Of a stretch of DNA of 64,000 nt, positions 8,947 to 19,675 are shown piece after piece; the first letter of the stretch is position 1; each line of letters begins with the position of its first letter. The notes below the pieces were generated by a model. The model was not told the DNA's origin. It was given only the letters and a program-made list of their open reading frames with translations, and ran no database searches. The stretch is from Tannerellaceae bacterium. Lineage in GTDB: Bacteria > Bacteroidota > Bacteroidia > Bacteroidales > Tannerellaceae. Position numbers and translations under genes: made by a program. Location of the stretch: contig JAISXD010000041.1 in assembly GCA_031270665.1 (NCBI GenBank), positions 211-64,210 of the forward strand, given 5' to 3'.

Positions 8947-11832
8947 TTAAATCTTAGTTTCCTCATACATCGTAACCGGCCCCGCCATTCCCATCGACTG
9001 CTTCGGCTGAGGCGCCCTTCCGGGGCGTGCCGTCCATTTCTGCGCAATCGGGTTTTTGTCTTTCAGCGTTTGCATATAGTTACCCATGGTGGTAATTACT
9101 TTTACTTCCAATTCGTTCCTGCCGGCTTTCAGCTTTCCCGAAAGGTCGTGCAGGCGATTGCCATACCAGCTCACGCCGCAGTCTTTGCCGTTGAGCTTTA
9201 CTTCGGCAACGCCCCAGACCTTCCCCAGGTTCAATACGGCGGTATGCGCCGGAAGAGCGTCGAGGTGGAACTTCCTTGTATAAACGACGGTTCCCGTAAA
9301 ATCGGCGTATGCCGTGTTTTTGAGGTCGTCGAGCACGAAAAAGTGGGTCTTTTCCGTAAAGTCTTCACAGCTATGGCGTAACTCAACGTCCCAGCCGTCG
9401 TTCAGCAGGCGGCCATTGACGCCGCTCACGGGGAGAGGACGCCACGCCGCGCCTTTTGCCTCGCGGTCAAACACGATCACCCGCGAATCGACGGGGCCGA
9501 GGTACATCTCGAAAGCGCCCTGTGGGTCAAGCTCAATCCGGTAGCGATCGCCCGTATCCAAATCCCATACCCAGGGATATTTTCCCGTTACGGTTGTTTT
9601 CGGGAAAGCAACCGTTGTCCGGTAGTCGTTATGAAGATGGGAGTTAATGAAGAAGAATACTTCCGCCCCATCGTCCCGGATATAGCGGTTCGCCATCACG
9701 TAAGGGCTGGGGTCGGCAATTGTGACGAACGGCGTCAGGCCATGCTGCCGTTGTATGGCAGGATACCATTTCACGAAATCATTGTCGTCCGGTTTACGCA
9801 GCAACACAAAGCGATCGGAGAAAGTTTTCAGCTTCTCCACCCGGCGCCTCACTTCCTCATCGCGCTCGGCGTGGCGGTTCCACCCCAGCGACTGATCCGG
9901 AAATGTCTCAATGCAGAAGACTTTTCCTCCCGACGCGACAAATTCGTGCAGCACGGCAAGCGTATCCGGGTCGATGCGCTCTACGGCTATCATGAAAAGG
10001 CTGCTGTATTTTCTTTTGCCGCAGTGCAGCCGGCCCTTCGATACTTTTGCTTCGCGGATTACCGGCTCCGACACATAATCGGCGCCGTTTCCACACTTGT
10101 TCATTGCCTCCCAAAGCAGGGTCTGGTAAGGCGCATTGACAACCGGAGGGAACGGCTCGTTCTGCATGCCAAGCGTTGTCCACTGGTCGCCCAAAGGCGG
10201 AAGGATGGCGATGTCGGTATACATGTCTGCATGCTGCACGATGGCGCATACGCGGGCACGATATTCGTTGAAATAGCGGAAGTAAGGCCACCAGTTGTTC
10301 TTTTCGTTATAATAGGCGCCGTAGCGTATCCATCCCGGGAAAGGCGCTTGGGGAGGCGAATAGTTGAAGCCGTGCAATACGGAATGGGTAACGCCCACGA
10401 TGGTGTTCTGGTCGCAGCCCATCTTGAGAAATTCGAGCGTCATGTTGAACACACGGTAGGTATTGGTCATCTCCTCGGCGCTGACGATGCGCTTACCCAT
10501 AAGATGCGCTGCCGAAGTAACATATTTGTTGGCCATCGTGTAAGCGCGTCCGCGTCGGTAGTCTTCGTTCGACATTTCTTCACCGATGCGGTGCTGGAGG
10601 AAGTTGGTCGTCCAAGATTCACATTCGGGGATGTCTACATAAAAGCTGCTCTCAAGCGGAAAGAATCCGCGCCCGTAAGCCTGCACGCGCGAAAGGACAT
10701 TCAACTTGCGACACCAGCCGGCAAACGGGATACTGAAACGGTCGCGAAACATTTCCGCCTCCGTTACCTCCACGTCATAATGCATCCGGTTGAACATATC
10801 CCTGAGTTCGGGCGACATGTCTGCCCCGTAATGGTAATCCGCGACGCTTCCCATACCGCCCATTTTGTACATGGTCAGCGGGAGCCAGGGCATAATGTCG
10901 TAGCCGTTGCGCTGCTTGAAGACTTCCGGCATGTCGCCGATCCAGTTAGCGCCGTCAAGCTCCCAGCCGTCAACGAAGAAGGCGCGTATGTATTGCGACA
11001 ATGGGCCGATCCGCCGCTCTATCGCATCTGACATGCGGGTCAGGTATTTTTCGACGGCCGGTCGGTTCAGATGATTCAACGACGACCCGTCCGATCCCGG
11101 CGCGCCGTTGATGACGCTACCGAACGAATCTATTCGCACCAGCGCATACAGCGCGTGTTTTCCCTTCGGGATGTCTACGCATATACGTTCTTCCCCGCTT
11201 ATTTTTCCAGAAATATCGGCAATGCCTTCCAGGCGAGTCAGCGGGTCTTCTACCAGCTTAAGCCCTACCAGATGCGGCGTACGTCCCGGATAGGGTTCCT
11301 GAATGCCCGGATCGGCTTCCTTCAGCAGGTTGAATACGGATGTCTCGTACTGCATCGGGCCTGTGAGCTTCTTCACGCCGATGACCATCATCTGTGCGCG
11401 CTCATCACCCTGGAGGAACATTCCGCCGAAAGGCCAGCCTGAACCGACAATCAGGTCGCAGGTCATCCCCAACTTCTTTGCTTCGTCGCAGGCGACCTTC
11501 AGCATGTCTATCCATTCGTTACTGAGCCACTGCAGGGACTCTACGCCCAAGTCGTCCGTCTGATCGGGAAACTTTACGGGGTTGATCTCCACGCCGCCCA
11601 CACCGGCTTCCTTTAAGAGGTGCAACTCGCGCACCAGTTCACCGGCCTGTACCCTATTGCCGTTCCACCACCAGCGGACAAAGGGGTGGTAAATGGCGTC
11701 CGGATTGCGGAAAATCTCATATGCGGACAGCGGAACGGCAACAGGGTTTTCTCCATATATACGCAGGGAAGAGAAGAGGACCATCCCTCCCCCCAACACT
11801 GCGGAATTTTTAATAAACGCTCGTCTATTCAT
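8947..11832 (-). CDS. GH106-like alpha-L-rhamnosidase with a Tat signal
   Basis: MNRRAFIK twin-arginine signal; PFVRWWWNG, GVGGVEI, GSGWPFGG, FFVDGWE, DIPECE, SAEE motifs; C-terminal jelly-roll LNLGKV..NELEVKV. Confidence 0.8.
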   Translation of the reverse strand: MNRRAFIKNSAVLGGGMVLFSSLRIYGENPVAVPLSAYEIFRNPDAIYHPFVRWWWNGNRVQAGELVRELHLLKEAGVGGVEINPVKFPDQTDDLGVESLQWLSNEWIDMLKVACDEAKKLGMTCDLIVGSGWPFGGMFLQGDERAQMMVIGVKKLTGPMQYETSVFNLLKEADPGIQEPYPGRTPHLVGLKLVEDPLTRLEGIADISGKISGEERICVDIPKGKHALYALVRIDSFGSVINGAPGSDGSSLNHLNRPAVEKYLTRMSDAIERRIGPLSQYIRAFFVDGWELDGANWIGDMPEVFKQRNGYDIMPWLPLTMYKMGGMGSVADYHYGADMSPELRDMFNRMHYDVEVTEAEMFRDRFSIPFAGWCRKLNVLSRVQAYGRGFFPLESSFYVDIPECESWTTNFLQHRIGEEMSNEDYRRGRAYTMANKYVTSAAHLMGKRIVSAEEMTNTYRVFNMTLEFLKMGCDQNTIVGVTHSVLHGFNYSPPQAPFPGWIRYGAYYNEKNNWWPYFRYFNEYRARVCAIVQHADMYTDIAILPPLGDQWTTLGMQNEPFPPVVNAPYQTLLWEAMNKCGNGADYVSEPVIREAKVSKGRLHCGKRKYSSLFMIAVERIDPDTLAVLHEFVASGGKVFCIETFPDQSLGWNRHAERDEEVRRRVEKLKTFSDRFVLLRKPDDNDFVKWYPAIQRQHGLTPFVTIADPSPYVMANRYIRDDGAEVFFFINSHLHNDYRTTVAFPKTTVTGKYPWVWDLDTGDRYRIELDPQGAFEMYLGPVDSRVIVFDREAKGAAWRPLPVSGVNGRLLNDGWDVELRHSCEDFTEKTHFFVLDDLKNTAYADFTGTVVYTRKFHLDALPAHTAVLNLGKVWGVAEVKLNGKDCGVSWYGNRLHDLSGKLKAGRNELEVKVITTMGNYMQTLKDKNPIAQKWTARPGRAPQPKQSMGMAGPVTMYEETKI

Positions 11833-11857
11833 GTTCTGATAACTTTAAGGAATCCGC

Positions 11858-13462
11858 TTACAAATTCGGATTATAGATGATTTCGTCGGTCGGGAATCCC
11901 CACTTCATCAGATTTACAGGGATGATGGAATTGTCCCAGTGGTTGGTTGTGGCTGCAGAACGAGCCACCTGAACACCCCAGCGTTTATTGTTGTAGTATT
12001 CCAACCCGTTTTCGCCCCACATTTCGATGCGCCACTGCAGCTTTACCTGCTCTAGCACGTTTGCTGCGCCACCATAACTGTCGCAGGTCAATGTAGCCTG
12101 CCCCGGCTTGGTACGGGCGGCAAGCAGGGTGTTGAGCGTATTTTTTGCGCCGCTTTCATTATTGCTTCTTGCCTGCGCTTCGGCTTTCATCAGCAAGACT
12201 TCCGAGGTGCGCATGTAGCAGACATCGAGAACGTCTATATCCGCATCCTTCGTGCTTCCGCCCACTTCGGTTGCGGCAAATTTCAAGTTGCTGTATGCGG
12301 GGATTGTCAGCGTGGTAGTTGTGGAGGATACATAGTCGTAGTTAGCGAAAGTAGTATTGCCATCCAGAAAAGCGTCCCTGCGCACGTCGCCGGCATGGAT
12401 GGCACCGTAAAGGGTGTTAACGATACGCCCCCAGTTGGCGCCCGAGCCGCCAAGGTGGCCTATCCCGAAAACATTCAGCCATTCGATTACCACATTTGGG
12501 CGACCATTTACACCGGTAAAGCCGAATATCACCTCGGGATTAATCCCTTCAAACTTGACGAAAGCGTTATTTTCCGCCACAAACTGGGGCGCTGTCGCTG
12601 TCCCTGTATTTTTACCGCCGTAATTCTCGGCTGCAATAAGGGCGGGATACTTTGCCAAGATGGCGTCGCAGGCCTTGATGACTGTTGCATAATCGTCGGT
12701 GAGCAACGCTACGCGCGCCAGCACAAAGTTGGCTACTCCCAAGTCAATGTCTTTTGTGTCGGCTGTATACCCATCCTTACCTTCGCCGATTTCCGATTCG
12801 GCAAACAACTGCACGGCTTCGTCAAGGTCTTGCCTGATAAAAGCGTAGGTTTCGCCTGCCGACACAATGGGGTTATACGTGGAGCTTGGGTCTATCCTGT
12901 CGTAAATCATCAGGCCTTCGCCAGAAGTATTGTAGACGTCGCGGTAGTTTTCCATCAGGAAGTTATAGCCGTATGCACGAAGCGTCAAGGCGCGTGCCTT
13001 ATAGTCCTTCAGCTTGTTGTTCGCCAGGGTTTCGGGTATGTATTGTAACAGCTTATTGGCGCTGACAACACAACTCCACCCAAACCGCCAGAAGCTGTAG
13101 TTGTGGACGCCGTCGGCCACTTCGCGCGAGGTGCCGGACAGGTAGGCATCGTAGCCGAAGCCCCGCACTCCTTCGCCGCACACAATATCATATCCCACTA
13201 AACTGTTATAGTAGTTCAAGCGCAAGAGGCTGTTGAGGCGCACGTCTGCTCCGCCGAAACTAAGGTCTCGGTGAATGGCATACGGAAGATTGTTGGCAAT
13301 GCCGCCTATAATCAAATCCACCTTGGCGTCGTCGCCCGATTCGAGTATTTCCCTTATTTGTTCTGTTGTGATAGCATTGGCCGGCTCTTGTTCCAGCAGG
13401 TCAGCGCACGAACTCATGAATGCCGACAGAACAATTGATATGATAAAAATATATCGTTTCAT
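11858..13462 (-). CDS. SusD/RagB family lipoprotein
   Basis: Lipobox MSSC, YMRTSEVLLMKAEA, WRIEMWGENG, downstream of susC. Confidence 0.92.
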   Translation of the reverse strand: MKRYIFIISIVLSAFMSSCADLLEQEPANAITTEQIREILESGDDAKVDLIIGGIANNLPYAIHRDLSFGGADVRLNSLLRLNYYNSLVGYDIVCGEGVRGFGYDAYLSGTSREVADGVHNYSFWRFGWSCVVSANKLLQYIPETLANNKLKDYKARALTLRAYGYNFLMENYRDVYNTSGEGLMIYDRIDPSSTYNPIVSAGETYAFIRQDLDEAVQLFAESEIGEGKDGYTADTKDIDLGVANFVLARVALLTDDYATVIKACDAILAKYPALIAAENYGGKNTGTATAPQFVAENNAFVKFEGINPEVIFGFTGVNGRPNVVIEWLNVFGIGHLGGSGANWGRIVNTLYGAIHAGDVRRDAFLDGNTTFANYDYVSSTTTTLTIPAYSNLKFAATEVGGSTKDADIDVLDVCYMRTSEVLLMKAEAQARSNNESGAKNTLNTLLAARTKPGQATLTCDSYGGAANVLEQVKLQWRIEMWGENGLEYYNNKRWGVQVARSAATTNHWDNSIIPVNLMKWGFPTDEIIYNPNL

Positions 13463-13489
13463 AATTCCAAACTATTTAAACTGTGATTA

Positions 13490-16400
13490 TTAAAATTCAA
13501 TGTTTACTCCCAGGTTGAACACCCTCAGGTAGGGATAGGTAAACTGGCTTACGTCGTTACCTCCGGTGAGCGACATGCGTGGGTCGATACCCTTGTATTC
13601 ACTTAGCATGTAGAGATTGTCGGCCGAGGCATATACCCTCAGTCTGCTCAGTCCCGCACGACTGGCCCAGGCTACGGGCAGGTTGTATCCGAGCGTAATG
13701 TTCTTCACGCTGAAATAGGATGCGCCGAAAAGCGTCAAATCGGTTGTTTGCTGCGGGCCGGTGGAGGCTACGGCGATACCGTTTGCCGATGCATTGTTTT
13801 TGTTGTGCATGGCAATGGGGAATTTGGCATTCGGGTTGTCCGGCGTCCAGGTATTGCCAATCAGGTCGGCTGCAATAGGCATTGCACGGTCGCGCCCGAA
13901 ATCGGATTCGTAATAGTAAATCATTTCCCTGTGATGGTAGAGGCCGCCTAACTGGTAGCTTAACACGCCGCTGAAATCAATATTCTTGTAGCGGAAGGTA
14001 GTATTGAATCCTCCTATCCAGTCGGGCAGGGCATCGCCGAACTCTACACGGTCGAGCGCTGTAACGCGGGTGTAGTTGGCGGTTTTGATAATATCACCTT
14101 CCTTGTGCTCCGTAAAGACGCCATCGCTGATGTCTTTCTCCGTTACCGTGTGTCGGTAAAGCGGCACGCCCGTCGTAGGGTCGGGACCTTCGTATTTGTA
14201 CATGAAGACATTGTAGAAAGGTTTTCCTTCGCCTCGCAGGTAGCACAGGTATTCGGTGTTGGCCACTGTGTTCCCGTCAAAACTGTCACTACCCTGTCCG
14301 GGGGGCAGTTTGGTCAGGATGGTGCTGTAATGAGTGCCGTTAGCACCTACCGACCAGTAAATATCTTTCGAGCGGAGAATGTCTACGCTCAAATCTATTT
14401 CAAATCCGCGGTTGCGTATTTTGGCGTTGTCTATGGTGATGGAGGTGGCTCCTGCAAAAGCTTCCGCCGCAATAGACACGGCATTGGAATAGAAAGCATT
14501 CACCGTTTCACGGTTGTACCAGTCAAAGCTTCCATGCACACGGTTAAACAGGTCAAACTCTACCCCAATATCGGTAGTGTGAACATTTTCCCACGTTAGA
14601 TGCTCATTGACAAATGCTCCCGGATTCACGGTATATGAAGCGGGCGTACCTCGTCCGTTCGTTGCCTCCTGGTAGATTGCGCCATAGCTCCATGTCTGGT
14701 ATCCGCCATACGTGCCGATGCCGTTCTGGTTGCCGATAACGCCGTAGCTGGCGCGGAACTTCAGATTGTTCAGCCATTTGGAGGTGGCCGCCATAAACTC
14801 TTCGCTGGAAAGGCGCCAACTGCCGCCTACGCTCCAGAAAACACCCCAGCGGTCTTCCGCATATTTGAACTTGGAAGAACCGTCGCGGCGCAATGAAGCG
14901 CTCACGCCGTATTTATCGTCGTATATATAGTTGGCACGGGCAAAGTAGCCTTCCATGGTAAGCTTGGACATGTTACCGCCAGGCAGCCCGTAGCGGACAA
15001 CCGAGCCTTCCGTTGCATAGCGTCCCACAAAGTTTACATATCCCGTATAGCCGGGTATCAACTCGTGAGAGGAGGTATAACGCATGATACTGGTTGTATA
15101 CTGATTGTATTCATGCCCCAGCAAAGCATCGGCATGATGTTTGCCGAAATTGCGGCTCCAGTTGAGGAGTTGCTGGGTGTTCAGGTTGGCATACGTATTG
15201 CTATACTTGCTAAGCGCACCCCCTACGCCGCTGGCCCGCCCGGTCTTCGCATTCCGGTAATTGGTAAGTCCTGCAAAGGTAGCGTCGGTGGCCAGGTTCG
15301 TTGTAAAGGTAAAATCATTCAGGAATTTGATTTCGGCGTAAACCCTTGCCGTCAAATCGTGCGACAGGATTTCGGCCTTGTCGTTATCCATCCGGTAGAT
15401 TATATCTCCCCCCGTATTGGAACCGGCGGAAGTCTGCCCCAGTGGCGAATAGCTGTCGCCGTTGGCCACGGTAACCTTTTTCGTGCCGTCGGCATTGAGG
15501 ATGTAGTTGCCGCTTTCGTCACGGGCATACAGTTGTACGATGGGCATCTCACCGTTTACTACCGAAAAGATGTTTTCCTGCGAATCGCCCGTAGGTCCGC
15601 GCAATCCGCCGCCGGTATCGTCGCGGGTCGTTTGCCCGCTGGTGCGGCGATACGAATAGCCAACGTTGGCGCCCACTTTAAACCAGTCGGTAACCTTTCC
15701 GTTGATCACAGCGCGACCCGTATAACGGTCGAATTGCGAGATAGACACATAAGAGGGATCTTCCAAAAGACCCAACGAAATATGGTAGTCTGCCTTGTCG
15801 CCGCCTCCGCTGACTGCGATGTTATACTCCTGACGAAGGCGGTTTTGCAGCAAATTGTCGTAGTAGGTGTCGTTATACCGGAGCTTGGCTGCCGGATTCA
15901 GCTTGCCATCCGTGCCTACCAAGAAATTCTTTAGCATGGTAGCCGACTGGGTAGCAGTTCCCGGATTGCCGGTTATTTCATAGTTGGAGGGGTCGTTCCA
16001 GCCCGGAAACTCATAAAGCATCCAGTTGCCCAGGTCGTTGCGCGATAACGCGGCACTGTTACCCGTATAGTTGAACAGATGCTGGCTGGCGAACAGCGCG
16101 GCTTCCTCGTGCGTATGCAATGGATTCTGTACAAAATTTGTATAATTATTATTCTGGTATGGGGTTCCGTCTCCATAGCGGTAGGTATTGTAGTTGAGCA
16201 GCCACATGTGCTCGTAAATCTCGGCGGGGTCACGCATCAGGTCCGGCATGTTGTTGGTCATGGTATTCACGCCCCAGCGGGTATCTACCGTGATTTTGGC
16301 TTTGCCGCTCGCGCCTTTCTTGGTGGTGAGAAGCACCACGCCGTTGGCTCCGCGCGAACCGTATAGGGCGGTAGAGGCGGCATCCTTGAGCACGGTGATG

Positions 16401-17344
16401 GAGGCAATGTCGTTCGGATTGATGGTTGCCAGCACATTGTCAACCTGTGCGGGTACGCCGTCTATTACCACCAGCGCGTATGAACTGGCCTCGTTGGTGC
16501 TGCCCAAGCCCCGCACGCGGATTTTCATGTCTACGCCCGGCTGCCCTTCTACTGCCGACACCTGCAAGCCGGCGACGGCTCCTTCCAGCGCACGGCTTAT
16601 GGTGGAGTTAGACTGCGCCGCGATTGCCTTGGGGTCTACCGTGGAGATAGCCCCCGTCAGATCTTTTTTCCGGGTTGTACCATAAGCTATGACCACGACT
16701 TCTTCCAGCGCCTGATTGTCTTCCTGCAAGACAATGGGGAACGTACGCCGCGCACCCACTTTGATTTCCTGTGTCACATACCCTATATAGGAAATCACAA
16801 GCACGGCGTCGCCGTTCGGCACGTTCAGGGTAAACTTGCCATTCCCGTCGGTAATGGTGCCGATACTTGTCCCCTTCACGATGATGTTCACGCCAACCAG
16901 TGACTCGCCGCTGGCGTCTGTGGCCGAACCCGTCACGCTTACATTTTCCAGTAGCTCCTGCGTAGAGATAACAATCAGGTTGTTCTCCAGCTTTTTGTGC
17001 TTTAATCCGGTATTTGCCAGCAAAGAAGTTAGCACCTCGTCAATAGTTTTGTTGCTCATGTCTAATTGATACACTTCTCTTTCAACACTTACCAGCTTAT
17101 CATCATAGAAAAACCGGTAGTTGCTTTGCTTTTCAATTTCCTTGAAAAACTCGATCAATGTCCCCTTGTGGCTACGGATGGTTAATTTCTGATCGGGCTT
17201 GGCAGATAAACTGCTCATACCGATGAAGAACATTACACATACGAATTTTACAATTTTACTTAATCTGTACACCGGTATCCGTGTGCACATACGCACAAAT
17301 CCTGCGATCCGGCTCAGTCTGGGAATAAAAACTTTTTTCCTCAT
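13490..17344 (-). CDS. SusC/RagA TonB-dependent transporter with an N-terminal STN signalling domain
   Basis: STN domain (FKEIEKQSNYRFFY), CarboxypepD_reg-like domain, plug motif VLKDAASTALYGSRGANGVVLLTTKKG, terminal F. Confidence 0.96.
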   Translation of the reverse strand: MRKKVFIPRLSRIAGFVRMCTRIPVYRLSKIVKFVCVMFFIGMSSLSAKPDQKLTIRSHKGTLIEFFKEIEKQSNYRFFYDDKLVSVEREVYQLDMSNKTIDEVLTSLLANTGLKHKKLENNLIVISTQELLENVSVTGSATDASGESLVGVNIIVKGTSIGTITDGNGKFTLNVPNGDAVLVISYIGYVTQEIKVGARRTFPIVLQEDNQALEEVVVIAYGTTRKKDLTGAISTVDPKAIAAQSNSTISRALEGAVAGLQVSAVEGQPGVDMKIRVRGLGSTNEASSYALVVIDGVPAQVDNVLATINPNDIASITVLKDAASTALYGSRGANGVVLLTTKKGASGKAKITVDTRWGVNTMTNNMPDLMRDPAEIYEHMWLLNYNTYRYGDGTPYQNNNYTNFVQNPLHTHEEAALFASQHLFNYTGNSAALSRNDLGNWMLYEFPGWNDPSNYEITGNPGTATQSATMLKNFLVGTDGKLNPAAKLRYNDTYYDNLLQNRLRQEYNIAVSGGGDKADYHISLGLLEDPSYVSISQFDRYTGRAVINGKVTDWFKVGANVGYSYRRTSGQTTRDDTGGGLRGPTGDSQENIFSVVNGEMPIVQLYARDESGNYILNADGTKKVTVANGDSYSPLGQTSAGSNTGGDIIYRMDNDKAEILSHDLTARVYAEIKFLNDFTFTTNLATDATFAGLTNYRNAKTGRASGVGGALSKYSNTYANLNTQQLLNWSRNFGKHHADALLGHEYNQYTTSIMRYTSSHELIPGYTGYVNFVGRYATEGSVVRYGLPGGNMSKLTMEGYFARANYIYDDKYGVSASLRRDGSSKFKYAEDRWGVFWSVGGSWRLSSEEFMAATSKWLNNLKFRASYGVIGNQNGIGTYGGYQTWSYGAIYQEATNGRGTPASYTVNPGAFVNEHLTWENVHTTDIGVEFDLFNRVHGSFDWYNRETVNAFYSNAVSIAAEAFAGATSITIDNAKIRNRGFEIDLSVDILRSKDIYWSVGANGTHYSTILTKLPPGQGSDSFDGNTVANTEYLCYLRGEGKPFYNVFMYKYEGPDPTTGVPLYRHTVTEKDISDGVFTEHKEGDIIKTANYTRVTALDRVEFGDALPDWIGGFNTTFRYKNIDFSGVLSYQLGGLYHHREMIYYYESDFGRDRAMPIAADLIGNTWTPDNPNAKFPIAMHNKNNASANGIAVASTGPQQTTDLTLFGASYFSVKNITLGYNLPVAWASRAGLSRLRVYASADNLYMLSEYKGIDPRMSLTGGNDVSQFTYPYLRVFNLGVNIEF

Positions 17345-17389
17345 AAACAATTTAGATTTAATGAAAAACTACCAAGTATCTGTTATTTA

Positions 17390-18529
17390 TTATATTTTGT
17401 CTTGGGAAGCCACCTTCTTGTTTGCAGACAGCGTTACCGTATTTTTTTGAATGATATAATTTACCGGAGCAGACAGTTTAATAGCTTTCAGCACCTGCTC
17501 CAGCGTTTCATCCTGCAATGTTCCCGAAAAAGAAATGTTCTTCAGCGATTTGTCCGCAAATTCGATATGGATATTGTATCGTCTTTCCAGTTTGACAGCC
17601 AAGGATTCCAGCGATTCCTGCCGGATCAGCCACCGTGAATCTTTCCATGAGGTATACAGTTCCGTCATCACACTTTTGGCCACGATCGTTTTCTCGGCTG
17701 CTTCTTCCGGGATGATGCTCTTCCGGGACGGCGAAAGCGGGACGGCGAGCAAATTGGGCATCTGCAAACTGTCCGATCCAGAGGATTTGATGATTGTCGC
17801 TTTCTGGCCCGCCACCAGCACCAGCTTGTCCATCAGACTGCCTTTCACATTCCTCAACACCTGTACGCTACCCGATTCCACGGTCGTTTCCACATTGTTT
17901 TCCTCCGGATATGCCTTAATGTTGAAGCTGGTGCCCAGCACTTTCAGCGTAACGGCAGAACTTTTCACAAAGAACGGTTTGTGTTCGTTCCGCGTCACCT
18001 TAAAATAAGCTTCACCTTCAATAAAAACCTCGCGCCCGGCTTTGTTGAATGCTGAACTGTAACGGAGTTTACTTCCTGCATTCAGCCAGACGGAAGAACT
18101 GTCGGGCAGCGTGAGCATAGACTTGGAACCGTAAGGTACGGTATATTCTGTATAAAACAGTTCCGTTTCAGCCTCATCCGGCGTTCCCTGAGCGGCATAA
18201 AAGTACATCGCAGCAACACCGGAGGCAAAAGCAAGCACGAAAATGGCAGCATAGCGGTATGCCTGTTTCATCAGGCGGCGAAAGCGGCCGCGCAGAGACG
18301 TTTCGCCCAAGATGCGCGCCATGTTTTTCCACGCTTCGTCTGCGTCGTATCTGTCACGATGGGCATAACGGGTCAATGCAAAAACTGTTTGCCTGTACGC
18401 ATCTAATAATTGAGCGTTTTCGGCGGATGCATTCACCCATTCCCGCAGAATTCTTGCCTCCGCATTGCTTATTTCACCAGAGAATAAAGCTGTTAGAAGC
18501 TCTTCAATATATTCCGGTATTTGATTCAT
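17390..18529 (-). CDS. FecR-family anti-sigma factor
   Basis: Single TM; LPDSSSVWLNAGSKL, GEAYFKV, VLGTSFN motifs; between the ECF sigma and the STN-SusC. Confidence 0.93.
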   Translation of the reverse strand: MNQIPEYIEELLTALFSGEISNAEARILREWVNASAENAQLLDAYRQTVFALTRYAHRDRYDADEAWKNMARILGETSLRGRFRRLMKQAYRYAAIFVLAFASGVAAMYFYAAQGTPDEAETELFYTEYTVPYGSKSMLTLPDSSSVWLNAGSKLRYSSAFNKAGREVFIEGEAYFKVTRNEHKPFFVKSSAVTLKVLGTSFNIKAYPEENNVETTVESGSVQVLRNVKGSLMDKLVLVAGQKATIIKSSGSDSLQMPNLLAVPLSPSRKSIIPEEAAEKTIVAKSVMTELYTSWKDSRWLIRQESLESLAVKLERRYNIHIEFADKSLKNISFSGTLQDETLEQVLKAIKLSAPVNYIIQKNTVTLSANKKVASQDKI

Positions 18530-18577
18530 ATAAATTATGTAAAATTAATAGCTATGTATTTTCTATCATATATAGAA

Positions 18578-18608
18578 TAGACAACCGGGTGGTGGAATGA
18601 ATGTGACA
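18578..18608 (-). promoter_or_regulatory. Putative ECF-sigma promoter for the fecR-susCD operon
   Basis: Minus strand TGTCAC-N19-TGTCTA about 50 nt upstream of the fecR start; no TAnnTTTG box seen in this intergenic region. Confidence 0.4.
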
Positions 18609-18666
18609 GGATCTGTTTTTTTAATGTTGATTAACTTTTCCCGGGGGAACGAAAAAAACGGCCCGG

Positions 18667-19233
18667 TCATTTCCCCATGAGCACGATGCGCATTTTCTTC
18701 ATCGCCCGCGTGAGTTGCGTGCGTACCGTATTTATGGAAATGTTTAGCCTGGCAGCAACTTCCTGATAAGACAAGCCGTCTATTTTGTGAAGCGTGAGAA
18801 TCTTGCGGCATTGGGGCGGCAGCGTTTGCAAGGCATTTTCAATCTGTTCGTTCAATTCTTTCTCCAGGATATCGCTCAGCGGCGTATGAACATCTTCTTC
18901 GGGATTCAACAAGTCTGCGTGCGCCAGCCGGTATTCCGCTTTTGCGCGGTAACGCTCCTCCACTTCGGCGTGTTTCAGGTAATTGAACGCCTTGTGGCGT
19001 ACGGCAGATACAATATAAGATTCGATGGTAGTGTGGATTTGAAGCTGCTCACGTTTTTCCCATAGCCCGGCAAGCGTGCTGCTGACGATATCTTCCGCTT
19101 CAAGCGCATCCCCGGTAATATTCTCTGCGTAGATGCACAAGTATTTGTAGCAGGAACGAAACAGCCGTTCAAACTCCCGCGTGTCGCCCCGTTTTATTTT
19201 CTCTACGGAAATATGTTGCCCTGCCTGAATCAT
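18667..19233 (-). CDS. ECF RNA polymerase sigma-70 factor
   Basis: AEDIVS..LWEKR region 2; LPPQCRKI..GLSYQEVAARLNISINTVRTQL region 4. Confidence 0.95.
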   Translation of the reverse strand: MIQAGQHISVEKIKRGDTREFERLFRSCYKYLCIYAENITGDALEAEDIVSSTLAGLWEKREQLQIHTTIESYIVSAVRHKAFNYLKHAEVEERYRAKAEYRLAHADLLNPEEDVHTPLSDILEKELNEQIENALQTLPPQCRKILTLHKIDGLSYQEVAARLNISINTVRTQLTRAMKKMRIVLMGK

Positions 19234-19343
19234 AACAGATGTCAAAAATATGAATAATTCTTAACAAACAGCAAGGAAAATCATCAATTCAGCTATTAAA
19301 AAAATCCGGGAAAAATGAATAATAGCGCAGGAGGGCAATACGG

Positions 19344-19673
19344 CTATTTTTCGTTGTTTGGCGCAACAAAAGACGTATAGAGCATCAACAACGCGGCAAT
19401 GGTAACACACAGTATCCATTCGTTCCGGTTCATAAACATAAATGATGAACCGACCACCAACAGAAGGCCGGCTATTACATTAAATATTTGCAGGCGCCTT
19501 CTGCGGTAATCCATCCCTTTCGTTGGGGTTGTTAAATGGCAGATGGCTATGCCGGCCGATCCGACGGCAAACAAATAAGGGGCAAAGAAAAGTTTTGAGA
19601 AAAACAAGGTTGTACCCACTAACACCAGCAAGGCTGAGATATTAAATAGTAACGTACGTATGGATGGGTTCAT
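19344..19673 (-). CDS. Small membrane protein with about 4 TM helices
   Basis: 109 aa, four hydrophobic segments, 2 nt downstream of the ftsB-like gene. Confidence 0.75.
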   Translation of the reverse strand: MNPSIRTLLFNISALLVLVGTTLFFSKLFFAPYLFAVGSAGIAICHLTTPTKGMDYRRRRLQIFNVIAGLLLVVGSSFMFMNRNEWILCVTIAALLMLYTSFVAPNNEK

Positions 19674-19675
19674 AT

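Noticed and set aside
3322-15934. Long plus-strand ORFs (3322-4599, 9631-11031, 15065-15934 and others)
   Set aside because: Antisense shadows of well-supported minus-strand genes, with no recognisable motifs
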